A stretch of 64,000 nt of DNA. It comes from an uncultured Actinomycetota bacterium. Lineage in GTDB: Bacteria > Actinomycetota > Actinomycetes > JAHEKZ01. The notes beneath the pieces were generated by a model, which worked only from the letters and a program-made list of their open reading frames with translations, was not told the origin of the DNA and ran no database searches. The stretch is from contig CAVQHW010000001.1 in the NCBI GenBank assembly GCA_963712425.1, forward strand, positions 296,721-360,720, written 5' to 3'. Of the stretch, positions 18,087 through 30,264 are shown piece after piece. The position numbers were made by a program, and so were the translations under genes. Within the stretch, counting starts at the first letter, position 1. The number at the start of each line of letters is the position of its first letter.

Positions 18087-19454
18087 ATGCGTAAATCAAT
18101 CTTGGCCGGTCTGGCACTCGCCGCGCTGGTCTCAACAACCGGTGGCGTAGCTAACGCCGACGACACAACCGTCGAGCAGATCAACGCCTCGACTACGTCG
18201 GCGGTGGTCTACCTCGAAACCACGTGGTCCGGGTACGTCTACGACTGGGCACGCGATTCAGAAGGGCAGCGATACGGCTGGGTGGGTAGCAAGCCTTTCA
18301 CCACCACATCTCGGTGTACCGGCTTCGTCGTGAACCCGAACGGCTACATCGTGACAGCGGGTCACTGCCTTGAGTACACCGATTCGGTCCAGGACAACTT
18401 GATCTACCAGGCAATGGCATGGGAGCGCTCAAAGGGCCTCTGGCCCAAGTCGATGTCGGTGAACGAGATCTACAAGAACTACTCGGACACCTACCAGGCC
18501 TACGGCGACGAAGGCAAGGGCAAGCCTGAGCGAGACGTGTCGACGACCCTGGGAATCAGCGTCTCGGGCGAGAACACGGTGACCACCCAACCCGCCCGCG
18601 TACTCGACGTCATGGGCTTCGACAAGGGTGATGTAGGACTCGTCAAGATCGAAGCAGAGAACCTCCCGGCCTTGACAATGGCGCCAGAGGGGACTGTCGA
18701 GGTCGGCACCGAAGTCGTGTCAGTCGGCTTTCCTGCCTCGGTCGATGCGGTCACCGACGCCACGATGGATCCGAGCTACAAGGACGGCACGATCAGCTCG
18801 GTCAAGTCGATTCAGCAGGGTCTGCTCGAGGTATACGAAATCTCTGCGCAGATGTCCGGTGGAATGAGCGGCGGTCCAACACTCAATGCTGACGGCGAGG
18901 TCGTTGGATTGAACAGCTTCGGCATCGTCGGCGAGTCGAAGGGCTTCAGCTTCATCCGTCCCAGTTCCATCATCAACGAAATGCTTGTCGACCAAGGTGC
19001 AACAAATGAGGTCAGCGACGTTCAGCGGACGTACGAACTGGGCCTCGATGCCTACTTCGAGGGCGACAAGGTCACCGCGATCGATGCTTTCGACACGGTG
19101 CTGGCTCAGGCTCCATCGCACACCTTCGCCCAGGAGTACCGCGCCAAGGCCGAGACGCTGGCCGATCCGGAACCAACCAACGAAGGCCTGCCGGTGCTGC
19201 CGCTGGTCTTGGCTGGTCTGGGCGGGCTCGTCCTCGTGGGAGTCGTGGGCACAGGAGTGGTGCTGGTGGTTCGTCGGCCGAGGCACGATCGGCAACTTGA
19301 CCTCACACAGGTTGAGGAGCGAGCGGCGCTCCCCGTCGAGCCCACATCGACGAACGGTGCTCGCACCTGCACCGAGTGTGGCGAGCGCCAGCAGTACGGG
19401 GCGAAGTTCTGCCCCAACTGCGGTCAGGCCGCTGAGCAGGTGGTGCATGCCTGA
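18087..19454 (+). CDS. Membrane-anchored trypsin-like serine protease with TPR-like helix, TM segment and C-terminal zinc ribbon
   Basis: RBS AGGAGG; signal peptide; triad TAGHC / DVGLVK / GMSGGP; TM near the C-terminus; CTECG...FCPNCG. Confidence 0.85.
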   Translation: MRKSILAGLALAALVSTTGGVANADDTTVEQINASTTSAVVYLETTWSGYVYDWARDSEGQRYGWVGSKPFTTTSRCTGFVVNPNGYIVTAGHCLEYTDSVQDNLIYQAMAWERSKGLWPKSMSVNEIYKNYSDTYQAYGDEGKGKPERDVSTTLGISVSGENTVTTQPARVLDVMGFDKGDVGLVKIEAENLPALTMAPEGTVEVGTEVVSVGFPASVDAVTDATMDPSYKDGTISSVKSIQQGLLEVYEISAQMSGGMSGGPTLNADGEVVGLNSFGIVGESKGFSFIRPSSIINEMLVDQGATNEVSDVQRTYELGLDAYFEGDKVTAIDAFDTVLAQAPSHTFAQEYRAKAETLADPEPTNEGLPVLPLVLAGLGGLVLVGVVGTGVVLVVRRPRHDRQLDLTQVEERAALPVEPTSTNGARTCTECGERQQYGAKFCPNCGQAAEQVVHA

Positions 19455-19470
19455 ACCAATGGGCGTTGCC

Positions 19471-19507
19471 AAGGGCGGTGGGTCAGAGTTTCTGGCCTAC
19501 CGCCCTT
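19471..19507 (+). terminator. Stem-loop downstream of the protease gene
   Basis: aagggcggtgggtcag-agttt-ctggcctaccgccctt forms a long stem with G-U pairs. Confidence 0.6.
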
Positions 19508-19585
19508 GTGTGCGCTGACGACTAGTCGCCCTGTGATACGGGTATGACCACAGTGACAATCCCGTTGCAAGCAGAGGTGGACGCT

Positions 19586-19768
19586 ATGTCGGACGAACGA
19601 CACCAACATGAGGACGTCGATCCAGCCGATCGACGTGAGCCGGATCTTGAAACGGCAGCCGAGCGAGCCGACGTGCCCAAGGAGAACCGCGCCCACAATG
19701 CCGGGGGCACGATGAGCGAGACCGCCCGCTCTCGGTCGCGTGACCTGGACGACGACGACAACGGCTAG
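19586..19768 (+). CDS. Small acidic hypothetical protein (60 aa)
   Basis: RBS-like GAGGTGG before the ATG; fills the gap up to the convergent oxidoreductase stop; no family recognised. Confidence 0.4.
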   Translation: MSDERHQHEDVDPADRREPDLETAAERADVPKENRAHNAGGTMSETARSRSRDLDDDDNG

Positions 19769-21163
19769 CCGCTCAGCCTCCTCGCGAGTTCCTCATACGC
19801 GGGGAACAACGCTTCGCTGACCGCGGGGAATGGCTGGATAGTGTCAGCCAAGGTGGCAACTGGCACACCGGCGCGGATAGCCAGCGTGACTTGCGCGATC
19901 CATTCGTCAGCTCGTGGACCGATGGCGGACGCCCCGATAAGGACGCCGGTAGACGCATCAGCGATAAGAACCATGACGCCTCGCTCGTCCTCCAGCCAGG
20001 CACGTGCAGTCCCACCAATGTCATTGGTCGCGCGCACAACCGTCGTGTCCGTCCTTCTGCGCCTGCTCCGTTGACAGCCCGACACCAGCGACCGGAGGGT
20101 CGATAAAGACGCCACGCGGAACAGCGCTGAGGTTCATCTGAACGTCGCCACCCAGAACGTTCGCAGCAACCACCCGGCCCGCATAGTTCGCGGTGTGGGT
20201 AAACGGAAACCGCCCAGTGACGTCACCTGCAGCGAAAACATGGCGTTGACCCCGCACTCGACCGTCGAGCCCGACTGTCAACGCACCCGACTCGATGTCG
20301 ACGCCGAGGTTCTCCAATCCGTAGCCCTTCAGCCGCGGACGCCGTCCGGTCGCCACGAGAAGGCGATCGGCTGACACGGACGACCCGTCGGCGAGCTGCA
20401 GGATCGTGGTGCCACTGGCCGCCGACACTCGCTCAACGCCGACCCCGACGCGGATCTCAACTCCGGTCTCCGCAAGCACTTCAGCGGCAACGGCGGAAAC
20501 CTCGGGCTCTTCCAACGCCAAGACCCGGTCGACCACTTCGACGATCGTGACGCGACAGCCGAAGGTTGAGTACACCTGCGCGAGCTCGACCCCGATCGCA
20601 CCGCCACCGAGAATCGTCATCGATTCGGGAAGCTCGTCGCTCGTCAATGCAGCTTCGCTAGTCCACGGGTCCACGTCGGCGAGGCCAGCTATCGGTGGCA
20701 TCACCGCGTCGGCTCCGACACAGATCAGCAACTGGTCGTACTCGAGCGTCCTACCCGCCACCTCGATGCGCCCCGGTGCCGCGATCGTGCCCTCCCCACG
20801 AACGATCTCGACCCCTTGCGACTCGAGATGCTTGACGGTGCCGCTGTCGTCGAGGTTCTCTGCCCTCTTGTCCCGCATTTGCACCGCTGCTGCCCATGCA
20901 CGACCGGCGTCGCCGACATCTACCGGCGACGCCGTCGCCCCCAACTCGTGCGCTCGACTCGCCTGCCGCCTTCGAGACGCCGCAATCAGCAGCGCCTTAC
21001 TCGGCACACATCCCCAATAGGGGCACTCCCCACCGACCAACCGTGACTCAACGAGCGCGACGCTGCGTCCACCTTGGGCGACCCGTGCGGCCGCCGTTTC
21101 ACCGGCCGACCCTCCCCCGAGCACCACAAGATCGAACCTGGAACCCGAGGCAGCGACTGACAT
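19765..21163 (-). CDS. Pyridine nucleotide-disulfide oxidoreductase (LpdA/MerA-like family); frameshift at about 20045
   Basis: GGGSAG FAD motif, redox GGECPYWGCVPSK, GGGAIG, AAGDVTG. The dimerisation domain (GASAIGPRADE...QPFP) is in ORF 19765-20115. Confidence 0.87.
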
Positions 21164-21300
21164 GCGTTCATCGTGTCAGCAATACCGGCGCCCCGCGGGT
21201 CGAGGTTTCGGCCCCCGCCTGATGGGTACCTAGGGGGGAGAGACCGCGCACTTACGGCTGCCCGGTCGTACTGCCGCCTGCCCATACTGATGGAGCCCTG

Positions 21301-21840
21301 ATGCCGACCACCGTCGCTGACCTGATTCGAATCGACCATCGCGAGTTTGAGCGCATGTTCGCCGAGCTCAAGGACTCGACCAAGCGACCGCTGACTGGCC
21401 CTGCACTTGTGGCACTCATCGCAGCGCATGCTCGGGCAGAAGAGTCGGAGGTCTACCCAGCCATCCGCGCGAAGACCGACGCCGCATCGAAGGTCGAGCA
21501 CAGCCAGGAAGAGCACGCCGAGGCGGATGAACTGGCGGCGAAGTTGGTCGGCATGGGTGTCGACGATCCCGACTACGACTCAGCCCTTGAGCGCTTGGTG
21601 AAGTCGGTGTCACATCATCTTGAGGAGGAAGAGGAGACGGTCCTTCCAGCCCTCGACCAGTTACCGGCCGATGAACAGGAGCGGCTCGCGACTGCATTCA
21701 CCCGCGTCCGCGCGGAGCACCTCACTAGTGGCGCCACTGACTTGAGTCGATCAGAGCTGCAACAGCAGGCTCAAAACGAGGGCGTCAGCGGCACAGCGTC
21801 GATGACCAAGGACGAGTTGAAGCAGGAGGTTCGAGACTAA
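21301..21840 (+). CDS. Hemerythrin-domain protein with Rho-N-like C-terminal tail
   Basis: DHREF, AHARAEE, EHSQEEH, HHLEEEEETVLP; tail LSRSELQQQA...SMTKDEL. Confidence 0.85.
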   Translation: MPTTVADLIRIDHREFERMFAELKDSTKRPLTGPALVALIAAHARAEESEVYPAIRAKTDAASKVEHSQEEHAEADELAAKLVGMGVDDPDYDSALERLVKSVSHHLEEEEETVLPALDQLPADEQERLATAFTRVRAEHLTSGATDLSRSELQQQAQNEGVSGTASMTKDELKQEVRD

Positions 21841-21935
21841 GGCTCGACACCTCGCGCGCCTGTCACTGCCTGGACGGCCGACACCCCGGCGACCGATAGA
21901 ACGGCGCACCGAGGGGGTGGGGCTAAGTTCGGGGC

Positions 21936-22868
21936 GTGTCAATGAAATTGCGGCCGGGCACCCTTGGTGACGTCGAGACCTTCGCTCGACTCATCAACAG
22001 CTACCACATGACGTTGCGCGGAGAGCAGTTGTGGGAGCAGGACGAACTAGCCGCTGAGCTGCTCACCCCCGTCAACGAACCCGTCACGAGCGACCGCTAC
22101 ATCGAAGTAGAGGGTGACGCAGTTGCCGCGATCCACACGAACTGTCCTCCTCCATACGCACTCGCCAAGCTCTACCTGGCCGCCCCGTTTCTTCCCGACC
22201 GCCTCGAGCACAGCCGAACGCTGTTGAACTCTGGGCTTCGACTCGTCCGCGCCAAACCCGAGATCCGCAGCGACGCAAGGGTGCAGATCGCAATTCCGTC
22301 CGAGGATCCAGAGCTCATCAGACTCATCCGTGACCTCGGCTTCGCAGTCAGCCAGCGCGTCTACAGCCTTGAAGCATCTACCCAGAATCGGGCGGAGCCG
22401 CACTGGCCGGACGGGCTGGATGTCGCCACGTTGAACACCGACTCCAAGCAGGACATGGCCGACGCGGTCACCGTCTTCGACGCCGCCTTTCCACCCGGTA
22501 GTGGTGGGTGGCGAATGGAACGGCCCGAGTTCGAACACATGCTGTACCGCGACCCCACGGCCATCCCAGGGTTGTCACTTCTGGTGCGGGACGCGTCCGG
22601 ACCAGTGGGGCTCGCCACCAACTTCCGTGACACCACGCGTGAACTCACCGGGAATGTCGTTCACCTGGGCGTCGTCCCTCGGGCCAGGCATCGTGGGATT
22701 GGTAAAGCGCTGCTCGAGGAGTCATTTCGACGCTTCCACGGACGCGGGTGGTCACACGCCCGGCTCGCTACGTACACCAGCCCACGGCGCAACCAGCTCG
22801 GCCTCTTCGAGAGCGTCGGCATGCGCGCTCTGTTTCACAGCGAAGTCCTCGAACGCGCGGCCTTCTAG
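21936..22868 (+). CDS. GNAT family acetyltransferase
   Basis: C-terminal HLGVVPRARHRGIGKALL acetyl-CoA motif and LFESVGM. Confidence 0.8.
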   Translation: MSMKLRPGTLGDVETFARLINSYHMTLRGEQLWEQDELAAELLTPVNEPVTSDRYIEVEGDAVAAIHTNCPPPYALAKLYLAAPFLPDRLEHSRTLLNSGLRLVRAKPEIRSDARVQIAIPSEDPELIRLIRDLGFAVSQRVYSLEASTQNRAEPHWPDGLDVATLNTDSKQDMADAVTVFDAAFPPGSGGWRMERPEFEHMLYRDPTAIPGLSLLVRDASGPVGLATNFRDTTRELTGNVVHLGVVPRARHRGIGKALLEESFRRFHGRGWSHARLATYTSPRRNQLGLFESVGMRALFHSEVLERAAF

Positions 22869-23018
22869 TCAACGGGGCGACGAACGACCTGACGTCACCA
22901 CTCGGTAAGACTCTCGTGAGCACTCTGCTCTGTCTTGCCTTCAGAGGGGCTCTTACGTTGGCGATGGCGTCACGGGAAGTGCCACCCAGGTGCCACCACC
23001 GCCATCTCTGGAGGCTTG

Positions 23019-23441
23019 ATGATGAACTATCGACGAGTGGCTGGCGTCCTCGCCGCCACAGCCGTTCTCGCACTACCGATCGCAACAGTTTCGCCCGTTC
23101 ACGCTGATAGCGACAATGCTGCCGCTGGGTTCGGTCGCCTCTTCCATGACGGCCAGATCGTCCGCACTGTGGCGACTCCTACGAGCCAGCCGGGTAGGGG
23201 CGTCGACACGATCTATCCGGTCGTCGGTGGGGTCGAGGGGCAGTTGTCTGTGACGGCAGCTGCACCTGGTGACAACTACCACGGTGGTCGCTGGGCCGTT
23301 CACGTCGTCAACTGGCTAGTGACGCCGTACCTACTCACGTCCGATGAGGCCGTCGAAGCTGCCTACGAAGCGGGCGACATCACCATCACCCGAGTGCCCG
23401 AGGCCGACTTCGTCTGCCCAGTAGCGGGCAAAGTGCGCTGA
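23019..23441 (+). CDS. Secreted hypothetical protein, translationally adjacent to the two-component system
   Basis: Signal peptide ending VHA; motifs APGDNYHGGRW and FVCPV. Confidence 0.7.
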   Translation: MMNYRRVAGVLAATAVLALPIATVSPVHADSDNAAAGFGRLFHDGQIVRTVATPTSQPGRGVDTIYPVVGGVEGQLSVTAAAPGDNYHGGRWAVHVVNWLVTPYLLTSDEAVEAAYEAGDITITRVPEADFVCPVAGKVR

Positions 23442-23491
23442 CAATGTCCGTCGCGCTGAGCGTCACCCCGGTTGATGGATATGCTGGGGCG

Positions 23492-24187
<696 letters not shown>

Positions 24188-24191
24188 CGCA

Positions 24192-25234
24192 ATGAACGAG
24201 TGGATGTCCGTGACGATCATGGCGTCGCTGATCGCTCTGGCCGTCGGTGGCGTAGGCCTGCTGACGTTGCGTCTCGTTGAACGAAGGTCACTACGCGCTG
24301 CGGCGCTGGTGCCGCCAATCACCGCAGTAGTGGGGACAGCCGTTGGTGTTGCCGCCACCGCACAGGCGATGTTCATCTCTGCGCACGACCTCGGCGTCAT
24401 CATCATCGTCTGCGTTGTCGCAGGTATCGCGTCCATCACCGTCGGCACGCTGATGGCCAATCGCGTGCGTGAGCTCGAGGAGCAGGCACGCCAGCTTGCC
24501 GCCCAGCAAGCACGTGCCGAAGAGGCCGAAGAGGCCGAACACACTCGGCGCGAGTTGGTTTCGTGGGTGTCACACGATCTGCGGACGCCACTGGCAGGTT
24601 TGAGGGCGATGGCAGAGGCGCTCGAAGACGGAGTAGTCGAGGAGCCCTCCCGGTATCACCGACAGATGATCCTCGAAGTCGATCGACTTTCGGCATTGGT
24701 CGACGATCTGTTTCAACTCTCGCGCATTCAGGCAGGCTTTCTCCACCTTGTTCTCGAGCGGGTCTCGCTGCCTGACGTCCTGGGTGACGTCGTGGCGGCA
24801 ACCGAGCCACTCGCCTCCAAGCGCGGCGTCCTGCTGCGGGCGTCCACCGGCGATGTGGGCACAATTCGGGCCGACGAAGGTGAGTTGCGCCGCGCTATCA
24901 CCAATCTCGTCACGAACGCCGTTCGTCATACCCCGCACGACGGCACGGTGCAGATCCTCGCGAGCCCCGCTGACGAAGGGCATGTCACTCTCAGCGTGAT
25001 CGATGAGTGTGGCGGTCTGCTGGCGGAAGACATGGAGCGTCTCTTCGACGTTGGCTGGCGGGCGAACAGCGCACGGACGCCGGAGCCTTACGGCGGCGGC
25101 GGGCTCGGTCTCGCCATCGTGCTTGGAATCGTGAACGCTCATCAGGGACAGATTGCGGTCGACAACGTCGGGATGGTGGCTGTCGCTTTGTCATGCAGCT
25201 ACCTGTCGACCCATCGCCGGCAGCGAGTGCGTAG
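24192..25234 (+). CDS. Membrane sensor histidine kinase; frameshift at about 25170 (true end probably GDGGCRFVMQLP...)
   Basis: Two TM helices, SHDLRTPL H-box, NLVTNAVRH N-box, GGGLGLAI G-box. The typical C-terminus is in ORF 25007-25234. Confidence 0.88.
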
Positions 25235-25308
25235 CAAGCCATCGCTGGGCGACTGGCGCTTGCCCGAATGCGTCTCACGAACCGCTGAGACGGGGCTACC
25301 CTGACGCC

Positions 25309-25773
25309 ATGCCGCATACGCAGTGGACGCTGCCGCCAGCACGTCCGATCGTGGACCGCCGGCCGAACCGCGTGCAGATCGTTGGCTTGTTGTTGGCAGG
25401 TTTGATCGTCGGCATCGCCGGTGCGCTAGTCGGCGTCAACTACGCCGACTCACAGCGACAGCCTGACGTCTTCAATGAGTCTGGTCCGTGGGTCCCGGTG
25501 ATTCCCAACGTCGCGGGAGCGCCGGAGACAACACTGCACATGAACATGGAGTTCTCCCAGCTCACCACTGGCTGCGGTGAATGGACCATCGCCTACGTGC
25601 AAGATGGCGTGAACCTCACGTTCTCCAAACTTCCACCTGCACCAGCTCGCTGCGCGCCGGACGCGGCGAAGGCACACACCTGGTTCGTCTCGCAGCTCGC
25701 TAACACGCGGACGTTCGCACCGACGGAGTTCTGGAGTAGCACCCAACCCAACAGTCACGTTCAACGGTGCTGA
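25309..25773 (+). CDS. Membrane-anchored protein with META/HslJ-like domain (3' end possibly frameshifted)
   Basis: N-terminal TM; GC...Y..DG..LTF..L.....C pattern; an alternative-frame continuation VTFNGADGRPLVAI looks like the real end. Confidence 0.5.
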   Translation: MPHTQWTLPPARPIVDRRPNRVQIVGLLLAGLIVGIAGALVGVNYADSQRQPDVFNESGPWVPVIPNVAGAPETTLHMNMEFSQLTTGCGEWTIAYVQDGVNLTFSKLPPAPARCAPDAAKAHTWFVSQLANTRTFAPTEFWSSTQPNSHVQRC

Positions 25774-25843
25774 CGGTCGACCGCTAGTGGCGATAGCGCC
25801 CGGCGCGGCCTCACCGGGGACGTCCGACTGACGAGTTCTGTCG

Positions 25844-26395
<552 letters not shown>

Positions 26396-26472
26396 GCCAA
26401 CGTACCCGGAGTGTGTTCAGGCGTGTCGTTCCACGCGCAGACGTGGCGGGACGACGCCTCGGATGCTCGTAG

Positions 26473-28081
26473 TCACGTTGAGACGGCTTCCTGGCGCTTT
26501 CCGCTCGGAGTCAGCGGCTCGTGTGGGAGGTCACGGGTCGTGGCCAATGAGACCAAGGCGATGAGCGCGGCAAGAAGAAGTCCTGCCTTCAGCGCAGCGA
26601 GTTGGGCTTGCTCGTAGTCCTCAACGAGTGCCGCCGTCGTGGCTTCGTCAAGCCCCGCATCCTCGGCGGCCGCCCGGAGCTGGTCGCTCGCGATGAAGTC
26701 GACTCCCGTATCCACAGAGGCGCTTACCTGTGATGAGATCTCACTGCTGATTCGAGGGTCAGACTCAATCTTCGAAACGAACACACCAGCGAGCCCGGCC
26801 AAGACGAGAGCGCCTATCAGAGCAACACCTAAGGAAGAGCCGAGTTGTTGTCCGGTGTACTGCAAACCGCCAGCCTCAGCGCGCCCGGACGCGTCGACCG
26901 ACGACTGAAGGACGTTGCCCAACTGTGAGGCGAGCATGCCCATCCCCACACCCAGCAGAGCCATCGCCAAGGCGAAACTGCCCTCGGCAAGGTCGGGCTC
27001 CACGGTGCCGAGCAAGATCACCGTAGCGATGACGGTAATGACCAGACCAGCTCGCACAATCGTGCGGACGGTGTATCGCGTTGACAGCCGTGACCCGACG
27101 GCCGCTGCGAGGAACATAGTGATCGAGACCGGGAGCATCTTGATACCGGTCTCGAGCGCGTCCATGCCGAGAACAAGCTGAAGGTAGAGCGGTACTACAA
27201 AGAAGACGCCCATCAGAATGAGATTCTGGGAGAACAGGCCCATGAGGCCGGCCCGCAGCTTGGACAATCTTGAGCAAGGACAAGTGGACCAGCGGGTCCT
27301 GACCCGTAGCCTCGCGATGCCGCTGCCACGCGACAAAACCCCACACAAGGACTCCACCCAGGGCGATGACAAACGGAGCCAGCGAAAGACCGAACGGCTC
27401 GACGGGTGAATCCTTGGGCTGAAGCAGACCCCAGGTAGACGACTGCAGAACGCCAAGCACGATGAGACCGAGACCGGATGCCGACAGGAATGTGCCCACG
27501 CCGTCCAGCCGGGGGCGGTGACCCTCGCGCTCCGCGTCGACAATCAACCGGCTCATCGCCAAGATGAACAGCACCAGCACGACTTCGCCAATGAAAATGA
27601 CCCGCCAGGAAAGCTCGGTCGTCGCCCACCCGCCGAGAATCGGGCCTATGGCGATGCCGGCTCCGGCGACGCCCCCGATCACCGCATAGGCAATCTTGCG
27701 TTCTCGTCCTTCAAAGTTTCCTGCGATCAAGGCTGCTAGAGCGGGCAACACCAACGAGGCTCCCACGCCCTCAAGAATCGACCAGCCAAGCGTCAGGATC
27801 CCGACACTCGGAGCCAGAGCGGTCATCAACGAGCCACACCCGTAGATCACGAGTCCGACGGCGAACGCCCGCCTCCGCCCGATGATGTCGCCAATCTTGG
27901 CACCGGTGAGCATGAACATGGCCATCACCAGGCAGTACAAAGTAATCACTGCCTGGATGGTCGTGACTGTCGTGTCGAAGTCATCCACAAGAGTGCTGAT
28001 CGAGACGTTCATGACCGATTGGTCCAAGACCATCACAAACTGAGCGGTTGCTAACGCAACTAGGGGCCACCACCGCTTCAC
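26473..28081 (-). CDS. MFS DHA2 (EmrB/QacA-like) transporter; frameshift at about 27260
   Basis: QFVMVLDQSVMNV, GDIIGRRR, GPILGG; the second half (GIKMLP, GLQYTGQQLGSSLG) is in ORF 26473-27543. Confidence 0.88.
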
Positions 28082-28212
28082 TGGTCCTCCTTGTCGCGGT
28101 CAGACATCCCGCCTCGGTTCACGTCGGCCGACAGACTAGCGGTCGAGCGCGTTCTCGGATTTCGACAGTAGGGTTGGTCGTCACCGCACGAATGTCGACG
28201 GAAGGCCTGACC

Positions 28213-29160
28213 ATGACGGAGGGCTTGACGAAGGTTGCGGTGGTTCAGCGCCCGCCGATCCTGCTCGATCGTGCCGCCACGATGACGGTAGCCGTCGAGG
28301 CTGTGGCTGAGGTCGCGGCTGAAGGCGCCAGCTTGGTCGTGTTTCCGGAGACCTTCATTCCGGGGTACCCCGCCTGGATCTGGTCTCTGAGACCTGGCGA
28401 CGACTATGAGCTAACGGAGAACATTCACACCCTGCTGCTCGAAGCGAGCGTCGACCTGACCACGGACGACCTTCAGCCGCTTCGCAAAGCCGCAGCAGAA
28501 CACGGCGTCATTGTTGTCTGCGGTATTCACGAGCGAGAGGGAGCGTTCAGCAGAGCGACGCTCTACAACACCTTGGTCACCATCGGTGCTGACGGCTCGA
28601 TCCTCAACCGGCACCGCAAGCTAGTCCCCACGAATCCAGAGCGGATGGTCTGGGGACAAGGTGACGCATCGGGGCTGCGCGTGGTCGATACCGCAATCGG
28701 GCGGTTGGGCGGGTTGATTTGCTGGGAGAACTACATGCCCCTCGCCCGATACGCCCTCTACGCCGAGGGCGTCCAGATCTACGTTGCTTCTACCTGGGAT
28801 CACGGTGATACCTGGGTGTCGTCGATGCGCCACATCGCCGCTGAGGGTCGCTGCTGGGTCATCGGGTCAGGTTGCGCGCTCAACTCACGCGACATCCCCG
28901 AAACCTTCCCGTCGAGGGACGCTGTGTTCACCAACCCAGACACCTGGATCAACTCTGGGGACTCAGTAGTGGTCGCACCGGGCGGGCAGGTCGTCGCTGG
29001 CCCGCTACGAGATGACTACGGGATCCTCTACTGCGACGTCGACGCGGACGCCTCGACTTCTGTTCACCGCACGCTCGACGTCGCGGGCCATTACGGTCGC
29101 CCGGACGTGTTCTCGTTGACCGTTGACCGATCGCCGCAAGATCCCATCGCGTTCACCTGA
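28213..29160 (+). CDS. Nitrilase / carbon-nitrogen hydrolase
   Basis: Catalytic triad VFPETFIPGYP (E), HRKLVPT (K), LICWENYMP (C); C-terminal DVAGHYGRPDVF. Confidence 0.92.
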   Translation: MTEGLTKVAVVQRPPILLDRAATMTVAVEAVAEVAAEGASLVVFPETFIPGYPAWIWSLRPGDDYELTENIHTLLLEASVDLTTDDLQPLRKAAAEHGVIVVCGIHEREGAFSRATLYNTLVTIGADGSILNRHRKLVPTNPERMVWGQGDASGLRVVDTAIGRLGGLICWENYMPLARYALYAEGVQIYVASTWDHGDTWVSSMRHIAAEGRCWVIGSGCALNSRDIPETFPSRDAVFTNPDTWINSGDSVVVAPGGQVVAGPLRDDYGILYCDVDADASTSVHRTLDVAGHYGRPDVFSLTVDRSPQDPIAFT

Positions 29161-29287
29161 CTGAAACGCGCAGGGTTTCTGCAGGTAGGGGCCCGTTGAA
29201 GGAGCGCGACTACCGGGCTACGGGCCATGCCGTGACTACGTCAGCCCCGTGGCGGTTCGAGCGCCTCGATGCTCGCACAGGCTTTCT

Positions 29288-29530
29288 CTACGTGAGGCCA
29301 ATGAATCGGGTCAGGGCGTCCGAGTCTGTGACGGTTGCGGTCGCCCAGTCGTGGTCGCGATGAGCCAGTGGACATTCGGTCAGCGCCAGGAACTCGACCA
29401 CATGCCGACTTAGCGGGGCGGTCCTCACGCTGATGCGTAAGAAGTTCTGTTGCTCGCTGGTGAGAGATAGCCACCAGATCCACAGGTCGATTGTGGTGTT
29501 GGCATGCGGGGTATACGCCGTAGCGGTCAT
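29288..29530 (-). CDS. Small unknown protein, paralogue 1 (WW...CPL motif)
   Basis: Aligns without gaps over its first 55 residues to the neighbouring ORF 29687-29932. Start at ATG 29530 inferred from that alignment. Confidence 0.65.
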   Translation of the reverse strand: MTATAYTPHANTTIDLWIWWLSLTSEQQNFLRISVRTAPLSRHVVEFLALTECPLAHRDHDWATATVTDSDALTRFIGLT

Positions 29531-29686
29531 TGCGGCAACGTGACAGACGGACACGGCGATGCCGCGGCGATGAGGTGAACGTCAGGTGACGCGATGCGGA
29601 CTCCTCCCTGCAGGGAGGTAGAACCCAGCCATCCGCAGTCCCAAGGAGATCCCCGTCGCTCTACCGGACTCAAAGGCATTGTCGAC

Positions 29687-29932
29687 TCAGTCTCGTGTTA
29701 GGAAGGTATGAAACTGATTCGGATCGCCGAGCACGTACTCATCGGGAGCTGTTTCTGAGGCGGAGACGAGCGGGCATTGCAGCCATGCAAGCCAGGTCAA
29801 GACAGCTTGGTTGCCTGGCACAGCCGCAGACGTGGCGATCAGCAGTTCCTGGTCGTCGGTCGATAGCGTTCCCCACCAGCTCACAAGCTCTCTCGCGCTC
29901 ACCGGGGCAGCGGACCGCGGCAACGCTGCCAT
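29687..29932 (-). CDS. Small unknown protein, paralogue 2 (WW...CPL motif)
   Basis: 15 identities in the first 55 positions with 29288-29530, including W19, W20, P39, L48, A49, C53, P54 and L55. Confidence 0.65.
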   Translation of the reverse strand: MAALPRSAAPVSARELVSWWGTLSTDDQELLIATSAAVPGNQAVLTWLAWLQCPLVSASETAPDEYVLGDPNQFHTFLTRD

Positions 29933-30264
29933 CAGTTGCAGGGTTGCCTACCACTGAGACCTGTCCAACTTGTGTGCCCGACGGCTTCGCGGGTTCGCGG
30001 TGAGCATTTGGAAAACTGTCATTGCCGATAGCTTCATGGCATTGATGCTGCCTCGGCGACGCGAACAACCGCCCAACAACGAATTGCACGGGACCAACGG
30101 TCAGATGAACGATCATGTCGCACTATCGGTGACGAGAATGCCCCAGGTTGCGGTCTTCTGGGGTCACCGGACTCCAGAACGCACGGGTGAACGGCGAACG
30201 AACATTGCCAGCGGGTCTTGGCGGGGAGCGTGCGCGGTGCCAGGGTGTGGCGCCGGAGGAGACT

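Noticed and set aside
19536-21235. SigF/SigB-like GGGTAY -10 boxes before the small acidic ORF and the hemerythrin gene
   Set aside because: No matching -35 elements identified; too weak to call.
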